64,000 nucleotides of DNA from a virus: IMG/VR virus record IMGVR_UViG_3300025732_000019; one strand, given 5' to 3'. A program made the position numbers and the translations under genes. Positions 36,806-45,750 of the stretch are shown piece after piece (position 1 is the stretch's first letter; the number at the start of each line of letters is the position of its first letter). Under the pieces are notes generated by a model that did not search any database, was not told the DNA's origin, and worked only from the letters and a program-made list of their open reading frames with translations.

Positions 36806-37309
36806 ATGACCATTTATCATAAGAACGGTACGGTAATTACGGATCAGTATGACAGCATCGGAGCAGCCGTCAAGGCGGGAGCGGATCTGGCAGGTGCGAC
36901 TCTGGCAGGTGCGACTCTGGCAGGTGCGGATCTGACGGCCGCGAATCTGACGAATGCGGATCTGCGGAGTGCGAATCTGCTGGGCGCGAATCTGACGAAT
37001 GCGGATCTGCTGGGCGCGAATCTGACGAATGCGAATCTGCGGGGCGCGAATCTGACGAATGCGGATCTGTGGGGTGCGGATCTGCGGAGTGCGGATCTGA
37101 CGAATGCGGATCTGTGGGGTGCGGATCTGCGGAGTGCGAATCTGCTGGGCGCGAATCTGACGAATGCGGATCTGCTGGGCGCGAATCTGACGAATGCGAA
37201 TCTGCGGGGCGCGAATCTGACGAAGGTGAATCTGTGGGGTGCGAATCTGACGAAGGTGAATCTGACGGGTGCGATCATCTGTCTGGGCAACCGCCAGGTG
37301 ACGCTGTAA
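36806..37309 (+). CDS. Pentapeptide repeat protein (paralog)
   Basis: A(N/D)Lxx repeats; shares H.NG.VITDQY.S N-terminus and LGN..V.L C-terminus with preceding gene. Confidence 0.93.
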   Translation: MTIYHKNGTVITDQYDSIGAAVKAGADLAGATLAGATLAGADLTAANLTNADLRSANLLGANLTNADLLGANLTNANLRGANLTNADLWGADLRSADLTNADLWGADLRSANLLGANLTNADLLGANLTNANLRGANLTKVNLWGANLTKVNLTGAIICLGNRQVTL

Positions 37310-37325
37310 AAGAAGAAGAGAGAAT

Positions 37326-37589
37326 ATGATCATCACTCGCTGCTCGAACTGCGACCGCGTATTGACGACGGCACACGGGGTGCGTCTGGAAAGTGCCAAC
37401 TTCTCGTCTGCACTTCCCACGCGACCTGCGACGACGACCATCACGTATGCGTGGTGTGATGGCTGTCTTGTCGATGCGTCTGGGCAAGATCGGGAGAGTT
37501 ATACCGATACACAAGATCGCGCCAACTATCATGAAGAACAGGACACCGAACACATCGATGACGATCACACCTGCACAGATATTCGATGA
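37326..37589 (+). CDS. Small CxxC...CxxC zinc-finger-like protein
   Basis: CSNC and CDGC. Confidence 0.45.
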   Translation: MIITRCSNCDRVLTTAHGVRLESANFSSALPTRPATTTITYAWCDGCLVDASGQDRESYTDTQDRANYHEEQDTEHIDDDHTCTDIR

Positions 37590-37965
37590 GGCCTGTGGCG
37601 ATTACCTGCGCTTTCTTGAACGGGATTATCATATTGTTCAGGATTTTCAGAATATCCCTCGCGCCCATCGGCACTGTGTGTTCGTGCTGCGTCATGGTAC
37701 GTTGTTGCACTATGTGCTGCGCGTGATGCGGCACAGCGACGACGCATATACGCGCTCGGTGCATTCCTGTCTGGTGCGCCACGATCATCCACGCATGCGG
37801 TTGCGGGCGGGAGATCTCTTACGCTATGCGGGTGTGCGCACACTGCGGACGTCTGCGGTGTATGGCAACATCTTTCAGTCGGACAGCTATCTCCGGTATG
37901 CACGATGGCATGATGACGTGTCACTGACGACACCGGTGCCGAACTCGATCTCGGAGACGTGGTAA
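37558..37965 (+). CDS. Hypothetical protein, divergent paralog of 39901-40233
   Basis: SVHS.LV..HP...GDLL....GNI. Confidence 0.5.
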   Translation: MTITPAQIFDEACGDYLRFLERDYHIVQDFQNIPRAHRHCVFVLRHGTLLHYVLRVMRHSDDAYTRSVHSCLVRHDHPRMRLRAGDLLRYAGVRTLRTSAVYGNIFQSDSYLRYARWHDDVSLTTPVPNSISETW

Positions 37966-37966
37966 C

Positions 37967-38452
37967 ATGTCATCAACCTTGACACCGCTCTTCAGTAAAG
38001 CCAGTGATCTGTGGGGCACCCCCGCAGCCGTCTTTCAGCATTATCATACGCGCTATGGGTTCACCATCGACGCGGCCGCGAATGCACAGATGACGCTGCT
38101 GCCGCGCTGGTGGGGGCCTGACTCGCGGTTGAGTACAGACGCGTTAGCCGTCTCATGGGCGGGAGAAACGTGTTGGTTGAACCCGCCGTATTCTCGCGTC
38201 AAAGACTTCACGCGCAAAGCGCGCCTCGAACAACTCGAACAGCGCGTCACCACGGTGATGCTGATTCCAAGTCGTACGGATACCGCGTATTGGCATGACT
38301 ACATTTGGAATACCGCCGCGCACACCTGGCAGCATGGCATACAGGGGCAGTTCCTCCGTGGACGATTGAAGTTTCGTGATGCGCGAGGAACATCCATGAA
38401 CCCGGCACCCTTTCCCAGTGTGGTGATCGTGTTTGACGGAGCGACCGTCTAA
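37967..38452 (+). CDS. dam: Phage DNA N6-adenine methyltransferase (Dam family)
   Basis: W.TP, FTIDAAA, WLNPPYS, LIPSRTDTAYWHD, GRLKF, APFPS. Confidence 0.9.
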   Translation: MSSTLTPLFSKASDLWGTPAAVFQHYHTRYGFTIDAAANAQMTLLPRWWGPDSRLSTDALAVSWAGETCWLNPPYSRVKDFTRKARLEQLEQRVTTVMLIPSRTDTAYWHDYIWNTAAHTWQHGIQGQFLRGRLKFRDARGTSMNPAPFPSVVIVFDGATV

Positions 38453-39042
38453 TGCCCTCACGCACCATTACGTCAGCACATATTCGTCAGTATGCCACGT
38501 CAGAGGACAGAGTGGATCATTATGATGATGCGATCGAACTGCGCCGATTCGTGTCTCTTCTGCATGCACACGTCTTTCCGAATCCGCAGCAGCGCGAGAT
38601 CCGCATCAAACCGTATGGAAAGACCGGCGTCGATATCGGCGTCTTCGACCCCCGCTCCCGTGCGCTGGTCTGTGCGTTTGACGTCGAACGCTGTATGATA
38701 TGGCAAGCGGATTGGCCCGCGCATTGGCGGTGTCTCAGTTTTCTCGCACGAAAAGAGAAGTACTTGCGGTTTCCGCAGTTTGGCATGGTCTGGTTCAATC
38801 GCTCGGTCACGACGTGCGCCGTCGCATGGAAAGAGGATCTGGTGTCCGCGCCTCTCGTCACGCGTCGATTCTCCCGTCGTACCTACACCGATCAGGTGCG
38901 AGAACTTCCATGTGCGGCCGGGACCTTGATCGGGCAGACGTTTGGTGTGCGTGAAACAGCACTGTTTACCAACCGTCGGACGTTCGATTTCACACAATCC
39001 GACGCACGACCCGCTCGGGAACAGATGCCCGTAACTCGTTGA
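38452..39042 (+). CDS. PD-(D/E)xK-fold-like hypothetical protein
   Basis: GVDIGV...FDVER...W...WP..W...RKEK; stop/start overlap with the MTase. Confidence 0.45.
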   Translation: MPSRTITSAHIRQYATSEDRVDHYDDAIELRRFVSLLHAHVFPNPQQREIRIKPYGKTGVDIGVFDPRSRALVCAFDVERCMIWQADWPAHWRCLSFLARKEKYLRFPQFGMVWFNRSVTTCAVAWKEDLVSAPLVTRRFSRRTYTDQVRELPCAAGTLIGQTFGVRETALFTNRRTFDFTQSDARPAREQMPVTR

Positions 39043-39194
39043 CAATCAAGCACATACGGGAATCGCATGCATGCAGCGCATCCTGCGGCAGACATTCATA
39101 CAATCTTTGCATCCCAAACCCTCCTGTAACCCCTTGATAATCAAGCACTTACACGCATCCTCGATTTGACACTGCTGGCAGAATCTCCTATACT
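39028..39194 (+). repeat. Promoter cassette copy B (two palindromes + sigma70 promoter)
   Basis: Palindromes 39031-57 and 39126-52; TTGACA 39166, TATACT 39189. Confidence 0.85.
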
Positions 39195-39196
39195 GT

Positions 39197-39391
39197 ATGC
39201 AGATGATGACTCGTAAACATTTTGTGCTGATTGCACACCTCTTCAAATCCACGAAGCCTGACGCGTCGAACACTGTCGCTATGCGGCAGTGGGAATCCAC
39301 CGTCATGCAGTTCGCGCATGCGGGTGTCACGATGAATCCGCGTTTCAATGCCACTCGGTTTCTCAAGGCGTGTGATCTGTGGCTGCGCTAA
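39197..39391 (+). CDS. Small phage protein
   Basis: MTRKHFVLIA...NPRFNATRFLKAC. Confidence 0.7.
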   Translation: MQMMTRKHFVLIAHLFKSTKPDASNTVAMRQWESTVMQFAHAGVTMNPRFNATRFLKACDLWLR

Positions 39392-39393
39392 AC

Positions 39394-39636
39394 ATGCAGA
39401 CGGAAACCGTGAGCGCATTTCTTGCCCGTGGTGGGCGCATCGTGCGGTGTGCGCCGTCGAAGCGCCCCGCGTATCGACCGACAAAGCTGCTCAACATGAA
39501 GCGCGGTCATAACCTGACCGGTCGCATCGTGCGCGTCGCGAATGCGCTGCCACCCTCGGATGGCCCTCGCGTGTCGTCACTGGAGCGATTGTCACAGTAT
39601 CAGTGCAAGTACCGCCACTTACAGCGGATGCAGTAG
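39394..39636 (+). CDS. Small protein with SutA-like motif
   Basis: ETVSAFLARGGRI. Confidence 0.5.
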   Translation: MQTETVSAFLARGGRIVRCAPSKRPAYRPTKLLNMKRGHNLTGRIVRVANALPPSDGPRVSSLERLSQYQCKYRHLQRMQ

Positions 39637-39650
39637 AGGAGCAGAGAAAG

Positions 39651-39920
39651 ATGTATCGTTCAAACGTAGAGTGGTGGTGGAGTTGTGAAGCGGTGGCCGT
39701 CGGTGTCAATAAGCACGGGATTGCACAGGATATCGACGTCGCGACCCGAGAACCGGGACGCAAGAACATCGCCCGGCGCAGACTGCGCATGTATTTGGAT
39801 GACGCCGCGCGGGCCACATGCGCGGAGCATGGATTGACGTTTGTGGGGTATCGTGAGGAGCCGAGTTATGACGGTGAGGGGATGGAATATGACGAATATT
39901 ATGACGAATATGACATTTGA
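39651..39920 (+). CDS. Hypothetical protein with acidic tail
   Basis: GAGGAG SD; C-terminal EYDEYYDEYDI. Confidence 0.5.
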   Translation: MYRSNVEWWWSCEAVAVGVNKHGIAQDIDVATREPGRKNIARRRLRMYLDDAARATCAEHGLTFVGYREEPSYDGEGMEYDEYYDEYDI

Positions 39921-40233
39921 ACTCAAAACGGCGATTGATCAGTACCTCGCCGCGTGTGAAGCGGATTACACGCGCATGTCGTATGCTTCCATGCGGCAGA
40001 TTCGGTTTATACTCGATCCCGGTCGGAAGTTCATCCGCATCTGGCGCCAGTTCGATGGCGAGTCGAGTCGGTCGTGCCATGCGTTTGTGGTGCTCACGCA
40101 TCCAAAGTTTCGCACTGGTGACTTGCTGAAGCCCGCGACGTGGAAAGCGCCCGCAATGAACGCGGCGCGTGGGAATGTGCTGGAACCGTCGTCGTATCGT
40201 GCGCAGTGGACGGGCCCCGAGTATTTGCGCTAA
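39901..40233 (+). CDS. T4-like/cyanophage-type conserved hypothetical protein
   Basis: GRKFIRI, S.HAFV, GDLLKPATWKAPA..ARGNV. Confidence 0.75.
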   Translation: MTNMTFELKTAIDQYLAACEADYTRMSYASMRQIRFILDPGRKFIRIWRQFDGESSRSCHAFVVLTHPKFRTGDLLKPATWKAPAMNAARGNVLEPSSYRAQWTGPEYLR

Positions 40234-40258
40234 GAGAACCATAGAGGAGTCGAGAGAG

Positions 40259-40708
40259 ATGATTACCACAGCGTTTGCGTTTGCAGGTCGTGCGTCGTAC
40301 GTGATCGAGAACCCGAAAGGGGAATCCGTCACTGTCAAGTTGAGTCGGTCGAAGGCGGGGAACGTGAATCCCTACACCGGCCAGCCGTACGCGGAAACGT
40401 TCTTTGTCTCGCTGCGACACAATAACGCGCCGTGGATGTTTGTCGGAAAACTCGATGCGCAGCGGCGCAAGATTCTCGCGACGTCAAAGGTGGAAGCCTA
40501 CTGCGACCTGGTGGAAGCCTACTGGCAGTCGCCGGCGGGTGCGCGAGCGATTGCCATCGCGCAGTGGTCGCTGGATCTCATCCATGCACGGGCGACGGTG
40601 CCTGCGGGCTATCGTCTCGCGCATACCGGTCGCTGCGGAAAGTGCGGGAAGTTGCTCCGGGATGCGGAAAGCATTGCGCTCGGATTAGGGCCGGTGTGCC
40701 GCGGGTGA
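40259..40708 (+). CDS. DUF6011-like zinc-finger protein
   Basis: GRCGKCGKLL.D.ESI..GLGPVC. Confidence 0.75.
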   Translation: MITTAFAFAGRASYVIENPKGESVTVKLSRSKAGNVNPYTGQPYAETFFVSLRHNNAPWMFVGKLDAQRRKILATSKVEAYCDLVEAYWQSPAGARAIAIAQWSLDLIHARATVPAGYRLAHTGRCGKCGKLLRDAESIALGLGPVCRG

Positions 40709-40724
40709 TTCCCCGTCGCACAGA

Positions 40725-40891
40725 CCCGTAACGCGTTGCACATCACGCACATACGGGAATCGTATGCATGGTGCGCATGGTGCTCGACGATGGCATACAA
40801 TCTTTGCATGTCAAAACTTCCTGTAACTCCTTGAAAATCAAGCACTTACAGATACCCCTGATTTGACAGGTTCGCGGGTTTCGCATACACT
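40725..40891 (+). repeat. Promoter cassette copy C
   Basis: Palindromes 40728-54 and 40823-49; TTGACA 40863, TACACT 40886. Confidence 0.85.
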
Positions 40892-40897
40892 ATACCT

Positions 40898-41107
40898 ATG
40901 AGTAACGACATGACTGGCACGTTGCATCTCACGGAAGACGAACTGACGTTCCTGCTGGAACTAGTGCACAACGAGATGTACACTGCGAATACGAACATCG
41001 TGCTTGCGGAGAATCTCGCGGCTCGGCTGTCTCGCGATCTGCACCATGTGCGGATGGAGAACGAAGACGCAGAGGCCGTCGCTGCATGGGATGCGGTGTC
41101 GTGGTAA
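40898..41107 (+). CDS. Leaderless hypothetical protein
   Basis: ATG 6 nt after -10. Confidence 0.6.
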   Translation: MSNDMTGTLHLTEDELTFLLELVHNEMYTANTNIVLAENLAARLSRDLHHVRMENEDAEAVAAWDAVSW

Positions 41108-41109
41108 CG

Positions 41110-41244
41110 CGCATCGATGCCATGTGCGCATGGTTCGGATGCGAGCCATAGAATGTTCGCATCCCAAACTCGTCTGTAAGTCGTTGATAATCAAGCACTT
41201 ACAGACACCCAACATTTGACAGATTGTTTGAAAGGGAGTACACT
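41110..41244 (+). repeat. Promoter cassette copy D
   Basis: Palindrome GTAAGTCGTTGATAATCAAGCACTTAC 41176-41202; TTGACA 41216, TACACT 41239. Confidence 0.85.
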
Positions 41245-41250
41245 TTAGGT

Positions 41251-42582
41251 ATGAAAAATGCTCGGTATGCAGTGATTCTTGAGATTGCGCGTCAAAACAA
41301 CGGTATGGTGCGGTGTGACGATCCCGCGTTGATTGCGGGTTTGGGTGATACCGCGTATCGGTTGCCGACCTATATCGGCGACATTCGTCGCAAAGAGGGA
41401 TTGACAGTCGAACCCCTCAAGTCAGGTCGTACCGTCGTCGCGTACACCTTCCCGGCGTTTGCAGACGGCTCCGCGCCGGTTTCCGCACCTGTCGTCGCAG
41501 TCAAGACGGCAAAGCCCGCAAAAGGGCCGAAAGCCGCTCCTGTGGTGGTTCCTGCGGTCGATGTGGAATCGCTGGTCGCGAGTACTGACAACGCGTCAAG
41601 TCTGTCACTGACGGCGAGTGCCGCGAGTTCGAAGTCGGAGATTACCGCATTACTGCGAGAACTCGCGACGGGTGACAGTGCACTGGTGAAGGTGCCTGCC
41701 AAGCTGCGCGAGTTTGTGCCCTTCGGTCAGTATGACGTCGTGCATCGGATTGTCTCGTCTCGCGTCTTCTGCCCGATCTTCATCACCGGACATTCCGGAA
41801 ACGGCAAGACGCTGCAAGTCGAACAGGCGTGCGCGGCGGCGAACCGCGAGTTTTTGCGCGTGAACGTGACGGCTGAGACGGATGAGGATGCGCTGATCGG
41901 TGGATTCCGTCTCAAGAACGGCAATACCGTGTTTGAGTTTGGCCCTGTCGTACAGGGTATGATTCGCGGTGCGGTGCTCCTGCTCGACGAAATCGATCTT
42001 GCGGGGCCGAAGATTCTCTGCTTGCAGTCGCTGATGGAAGGCAAGCCGATGGTGATCAAGCCGCTCGGCATCACGATTGCGCCTGCGCCGGGGTTCACCG
42101 TCGTCGCGACCGCCAACACGAAGGGTCGCGGGTCTGACGATGGCAAGTATATCGGGACCGGCCCGCTCAATGAAGCGTTTCTCGAACGGTTTCCGATGAC
42201 AATCGAGCAGGAATATCCGGGCGCCGCTGTGGAGAAGAAGATTCTCACGAAGACGTACGAGTCGTATGGCGGTGTCGTAACGGATGGTGTCCTGACGTTT
42301 GCGGATACGCTCACGAAGTGGGCAGACGCGATTCGTGCGACGTTCAACGAAGGGGGTATCGAGGATGTCATCTCGACGCGCCGTCTGTGCCACATCATGC
42401 GCACGTATCAGATTTTCGGTGATGAATCGAAGGTGCTGGCGCTCTGCTTGAACCGCTTCGACAAGTCGGTGCAAGCGAAGTTCTTGGATCTGTATGCCAA
42501 GTTGTCGCCGAGCGCAGCGGGTGCGGCGGCCACGTCCGTCAGTGACGATCCTCGCGTCATTGCTGCCCCGGTGAACTTCTAA
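41251..42582 (+). CDS. MoxR/CobS-like AAA+ ATPase with N-terminal winged-helix-like domain
   Basis: Walker A GHSGNGKT, Walker B LLLDEID, TANTKGRGSDDG, LNEAFLERF, ISTRRL. Confidence 0.9.
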   Translation: MKNARYAVILEIARQNNGMVRCDDPALIAGLGDTAYRLPTYIGDIRRKEGLTVEPLKSGRTVVAYTFPAFADGSAPVSAPVVAVKTAKPAKGPKAAPVVVPAVDVESLVASTDNASSLSLTASAASSKSEITALLRELATGDSALVKVPAKLREFVPFGQYDVVHRIVSSRVFCPIFITGHSGNGKTLQVEQACAAANREFLRVNVTAETDEDALIGGFRLKNGNTVFEFGPVVQGMIRGAVLLLDEIDLAGPKILCLQSLMEGKPMVIKPLGITIAPAPGFTVVATANTKGRGSDDGKYIGTGPLNEAFLERFPMTIEQEYPGAAVEKKILTKTYESYGGVVTDGVLTFADTLTKWADAIRATFNEGGIEDVISTRRLCHIMRTYQIFGDESKVLALCLNRFDKSVQAKFLDLYAKLSPSAAGAAATSVSDDPRVIAAPVNF

Positions 42583-42599
42583 TCGAAAGGGATCCCCAC

Positions 42600-42878
42600 A
42601 TGCATCTGACACCAGAAACACTGAAACTCTACGATCTCGTGGCCTCGCAGATCAATACGCTCGCGTGGACATGCTTGCTGGCGTATGTCGCACGGCTCAC
42701 GCAGCAGTACCTGATGCACCGTTTGACGGTGCTGCAGCATGGGATTCTCGAAGCGGTGAGTGATTGCGGGTGTGCGCCGCACACGGATACCGATGCGACA
42801 GCGCCCGGGTCGTCCACCGGGACGAATGCGATTGGATTCCACCATGCGGTCGAGGAACCCGATGAGGATGACGACTAA
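42600..42878 (+). CDS. Hypothetical protein
   Basis: ORF with hydrophobic helix and acidic tail. Confidence 0.45.
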   Translation: MHLTPETLKLYDLVASQINTLAWTCLLAYVARLTQQYLMHRLTVLQHGILEAVSDCGCAPHTDTDATAPGSSTGTNAIGFHHAVEEPDEDDD

Positions 42879-42885
42879 CCGCTCT

Positions 42886-43051
42886 CCCGTAAGTGCTTGA
42901 AATACAAGCATTTACGGGGATGTATGCGTCACACGCATACTGGTCGGGAGAGTATAGAAAGTTTGCATACTAAAATACCCCGTAAGTCGTTGAAAATGCA
43001 GGGGTTACGGATATCCCCGGTTTGACAGGGATGCCGGTTTCGGAATATACT
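42886..43051 (+). repeat. Promoter cassette copy E
   Basis: Palindromes 42889-42915 and 42982-43008; TTGACA 43022, TATACT 43046. Confidence 0.85.
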
Positions 43052-43061
43052 ATACGTATCA

Positions 43062-45359
43062 ATGATGATGAATCACTCCTCCTCTCCCACGAACTGGTCA
43101 AAACATGTGCAGTTGGATGATCAGAAGCGTGGCCTTGCGCGTCTCATGGCGCGTGAGAATATCACCGTCGAACATGGTGCATACGAGACAGCTTCCTTTG
43201 ACGTCGAGACTCGCGTGTTACGGCTCCCGCTGTGGGACAATGTGACGCTCGATCAGTATGACCTCCTGATTGGTCATGAAGTCGGTCACGCGTTGTATAG
43301 CGACGATTTGTCGTTTATTGACGATTGCAAAGCCGCTCCCGGTTTGCATACCTTCATTAACGTGCTTGAGGATGTGCGCATTGAGCGCCGCATCAAGGAT
43401 GCGTTTCCTGGCATGCAGGGTGCGTTTCAGCGCGGCTACCGTGACTTCTTCGAACACGGCCCGCTGTTTCAGTTGACGAAGCCGGTTGCGGAATACAGCT
43501 TCATTGACCGCATTAACATCCATTACAAGATTGGTGCGCACGTGACGGTACCGTTCACGGATGATGAACGTGCGATTCTCGCGAAGGTCGACGCCACGCG
43601 TACGATGGGTGACGTCATTGCGCTGGCCAAGGAACTGTACGGCGCTGCCAAGTCTGAACAGAAGAAGCAGAATCCTGAGTCGGGATCGCAGTCGTCGAAG
43701 CCGTCTTCTGACGAAACGACTGGCCAGTCGCCGACGGCGAAGTCGTCGGATTCAGAGTCTAATTCAGAGTCGGACTCAGAGTCTAATTCAGAGTCGGATT
43801 CAGAGTCGGACTCAGAGTCTAATTCAAAGTCGGATTCAGAGTCTAATTCAGAGTCGGATTCAGAGTCGGATTCAGAGTCGGATTCAGAGTCGGAATCGAG
43901 TTCGGATTCAGAGTCGGATTCAGAGTCGGAATCGAGTTCGGATGCGACGTCAGAATCGGATGTGACGTCGGATGCGCCGCATGCGGAAACGGATATGGCG
44001 AACGCCGCTGCCATGAAGACGATGCAGTCTGCGACGTCTGACGTGCGCACCGTGACGCATGTGCCGCTGACGAAGAGTGAAGCGGATGCCTACACCGTGA
44101 GTGTCGCGGACGTCGTGCGCGAAGCGGTGCGGATCGAAACGCAGTATGCCACGCGTGCGACGAGCATCACGGCATCGCTGGAAACGCTGACGCGTCAGTA
44201 TGCACCGACTGCCGCGCACATGGCGCGAGAGTTCGAACGTCGCAAGAGCGCCAAGCAGTTGGAACGTGCGCGAGTCGCGACGACGGGTCGTCTGAACCTG
44301 AAGAAGTTGCCGTTCTATCAGTTCCGTGAAGATTTGTTCCAGCAAGTGACGATTCTTCCGAACGGCCAGTCACACGGTTTGATGCTCCTGATCGACGGTT
44401 CCGGCAGTATGTCGGGTGTGTTTCCGGATGTCATCGAGCAGGTGTTTCTCTTCGGATTGTTCGCCAAGCAGGTGCGCATTCCGGTGCAAGCGTTTGTCTT
44501 TCAGACGTCGTATCACAGTCCGTTGATGCCGAACGCGCAGCGATTGATGCCGCGTGCGGTGCAGTTGGTGACAGTCTTGGATACGACGTCGAAGGTGCCG
44601 ATCGCTGCGCAGTTGCGCAGTCTTGCGCAGTTGCATTGCGCGTTCTCGGGATTCGACGCGCATCTCGCGCCGTATGTGCGTCTCGCGGCCACGCCGCTCT
44701 ACGGTGGCATGCTCGTCATGGAAACGCATGTCCTGCGCATGCGCGAGTCGCTGGGCTTGCAAAAGATGACAGTCATGGTGCTGACGGATGGTGAAGACTC
44801 CGACGGTCTGTATGCGGGTGAGCAGCGCATCTCGTCGTCTCCGGGGGCGGCTCGCGTGATCGTGCGCGACACGCTGACGCATCGCACGTTTGTGGGGTTC
44901 ACAGACGCGCCGGATACGTATTGGGGATACACGACGGATCGACACCTGCTGAACCGTCTGATGCATCATGTTTATACGGTGGGCCTCGGTGTCTCCCTGA
45001 TTCGCTTGTATATCGGTCGCGACTCGGATTGCCGTAGTCATCGTGCCGTCGGGACGATGGCGAGCGCGTTGGGCTCGTTGACGGATGCCAAGGATGTGTA
45101 CCAAGTCGCCGCGCCGTACGGTGCGCGTCTCGCGGATGACAAGATTGCTGCGGTGACACGGAAGGATCTGCCGAGCCTGTTTGCGGATACCGCGATTATC
45201 GTGTCGAACCGCAAGCTGGATATGCAGGATGACACGTTTGAAGATCTCGATACTTCGACGATGACGAATCGCCGAATCATGAGTGCCTTTACGAAGAGTA
45301 ACGTAGCGGCCGCTCAAAATCGCGTCTTAATCAATGCGGTGATGCCGTTCATTGCGTAA
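43062..45359 (+). CDS. CobT-like metallopeptidase + VWA protein (MoxR partner)
   Basis: LARLMA.ENI.V, HEVGHALY, NVLEDVRIE, MIDAS DGSGSM and LTDGE. Confidence 0.88.
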   Translation: MMMNHSSSPTNWSKHVQLDDQKRGLARLMARENITVEHGAYETASFDVETRVLRLPLWDNVTLDQYDLLIGHEVGHALYSDDLSFIDDCKAAPGLHTFINVLEDVRIERRIKDAFPGMQGAFQRGYRDFFEHGPLFQLTKPVAEYSFIDRINIHYKIGAHVTVPFTDDERAILAKVDATRTMGDVIALAKELYGAAKSEQKKQNPESGSQSSKPSSDETTGQSPTAKSSDSESNSESDSESNSESDSESDSESNSKSDSESNSESDSESDSESDSESESSSDSESDSESESSSDATSESDVTSDAPHAETDMANAAAMKTMQSATSDVRTVTHVPLTKSEADAYTVSVADVVREAVRIETQYATRATSITASLETLTRQYAPTAAHMAREFERRKSAKQLERARVATTGRLNLKKLPFYQFREDLFQQVTILPNGQSHGLMLLIDGSGSMSGVFPDVIEQVFLFGLFAKQVRIPVQAFVFQTSYHSPLMPNAQRLMPRAVQLVTVLDTTSKVPIAAQLRSLAQLHCAFSGFDAHLAPYVRLAATPLYGGMLVMETHVLRMRESLGLQKMTVMVLTDGEDSDGLYAGEQRISSSPGAARVIVRDTLTHRTFVGFTDAPDTYWGYTTDRHLLNRLMHHVYTVGLGVSLIRLYIGRDSDCRSHRAVGTMASALGSLTDAKDVYQVAAPYGARLADDKIAAVTRKDLPSLFADTAIIVSNRKLDMQDDTFEDLDTSTMTNRRIMSAFTKSNVAAAQNRVLINAVMPFIA
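43743..43970 (+). repeat. 12-bp tandem repeat encoding Ser-Asp/Glu linker
   Basis: TCGGATTCAGAG / TCTAATTCAGAG units (SDSE/SNSE). Confidence 0.9.
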
Positions 45360-45398
45360 GACGCGTGCATTACTCACAACACACACAAGGAACAGACA

Positions 45399-45683
45399 AT
45401 GCAGAAGATGTTTGAAAAAGTCGCGGATGTGATCAAGTCGAAGCAGGGCATGATCGCGGTCAATGATCCGGATCTCGATGCGGTGCTGATGGTGAATGGA
45501 AAGTCTACGAAGTATCGCTTGGCCACCTATATGTGGGAGATTCGCACGAAGATGAATCTTGCGGTGGTGCCGGTGCGCACCGGTCGCACCGTGACGAGCT
45601 ATGAGGTGCCGGCATTCAAGGTGGTCGCAGATGCGACAGTGCCAGCGAGTGTCGCGGAGTCTGCCGTCGCTGCGAGTCTCTGA
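45399..45683 (+). CDS. Stand-alone paralog of the MoxR N-terminal domain
   Basis: GM...DP.L...YRL.TY...IR.K..L.V.P...GRTV..Y..PAF shared with the 41251 protein. Confidence 0.75.
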   Translation: MQKMFEKVADVIKSKQGMIAVNDPDLDAVLMVNGKSTKYRLATYMWEIRTKMNLAVVPVRTGRTVTSYEVPAFKVVADATVPASVAESAVAASL

Positions 45684-45750
45684 GACGTCTCTGAGAGGCT
45701 GCGGGTGTGGGGGAGTCTTCGGATTCTCCCACGCGTTAAACCAACCCAAC

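Noticed and set aside
36370-37270. CRISPR-like repeat array
   Set aside because: 15-bp units without spacers, fully explained by pentapeptide coding; same logic for the 43743-43970 repeats
40791-40809. sigma54 promoter inside the cassette (TGGCAT...TTGCA)
   Set aside because: GG to GC spacing is 12 rather than 10, and the GG is not conserved in other copies
41370-45317. Long antisense ORFs (323 aa, 315 aa and others)
   Set aside because: Antisense to MoxR and VWA genes, expected from codon bias, no motifs or SDs
41251-45359. Cobalamin biosynthesis (cobS/cobT) auxiliary genes
   Set aside because: Similarity reflects the general MoxR/VWA family; no cobN or other cob genes here
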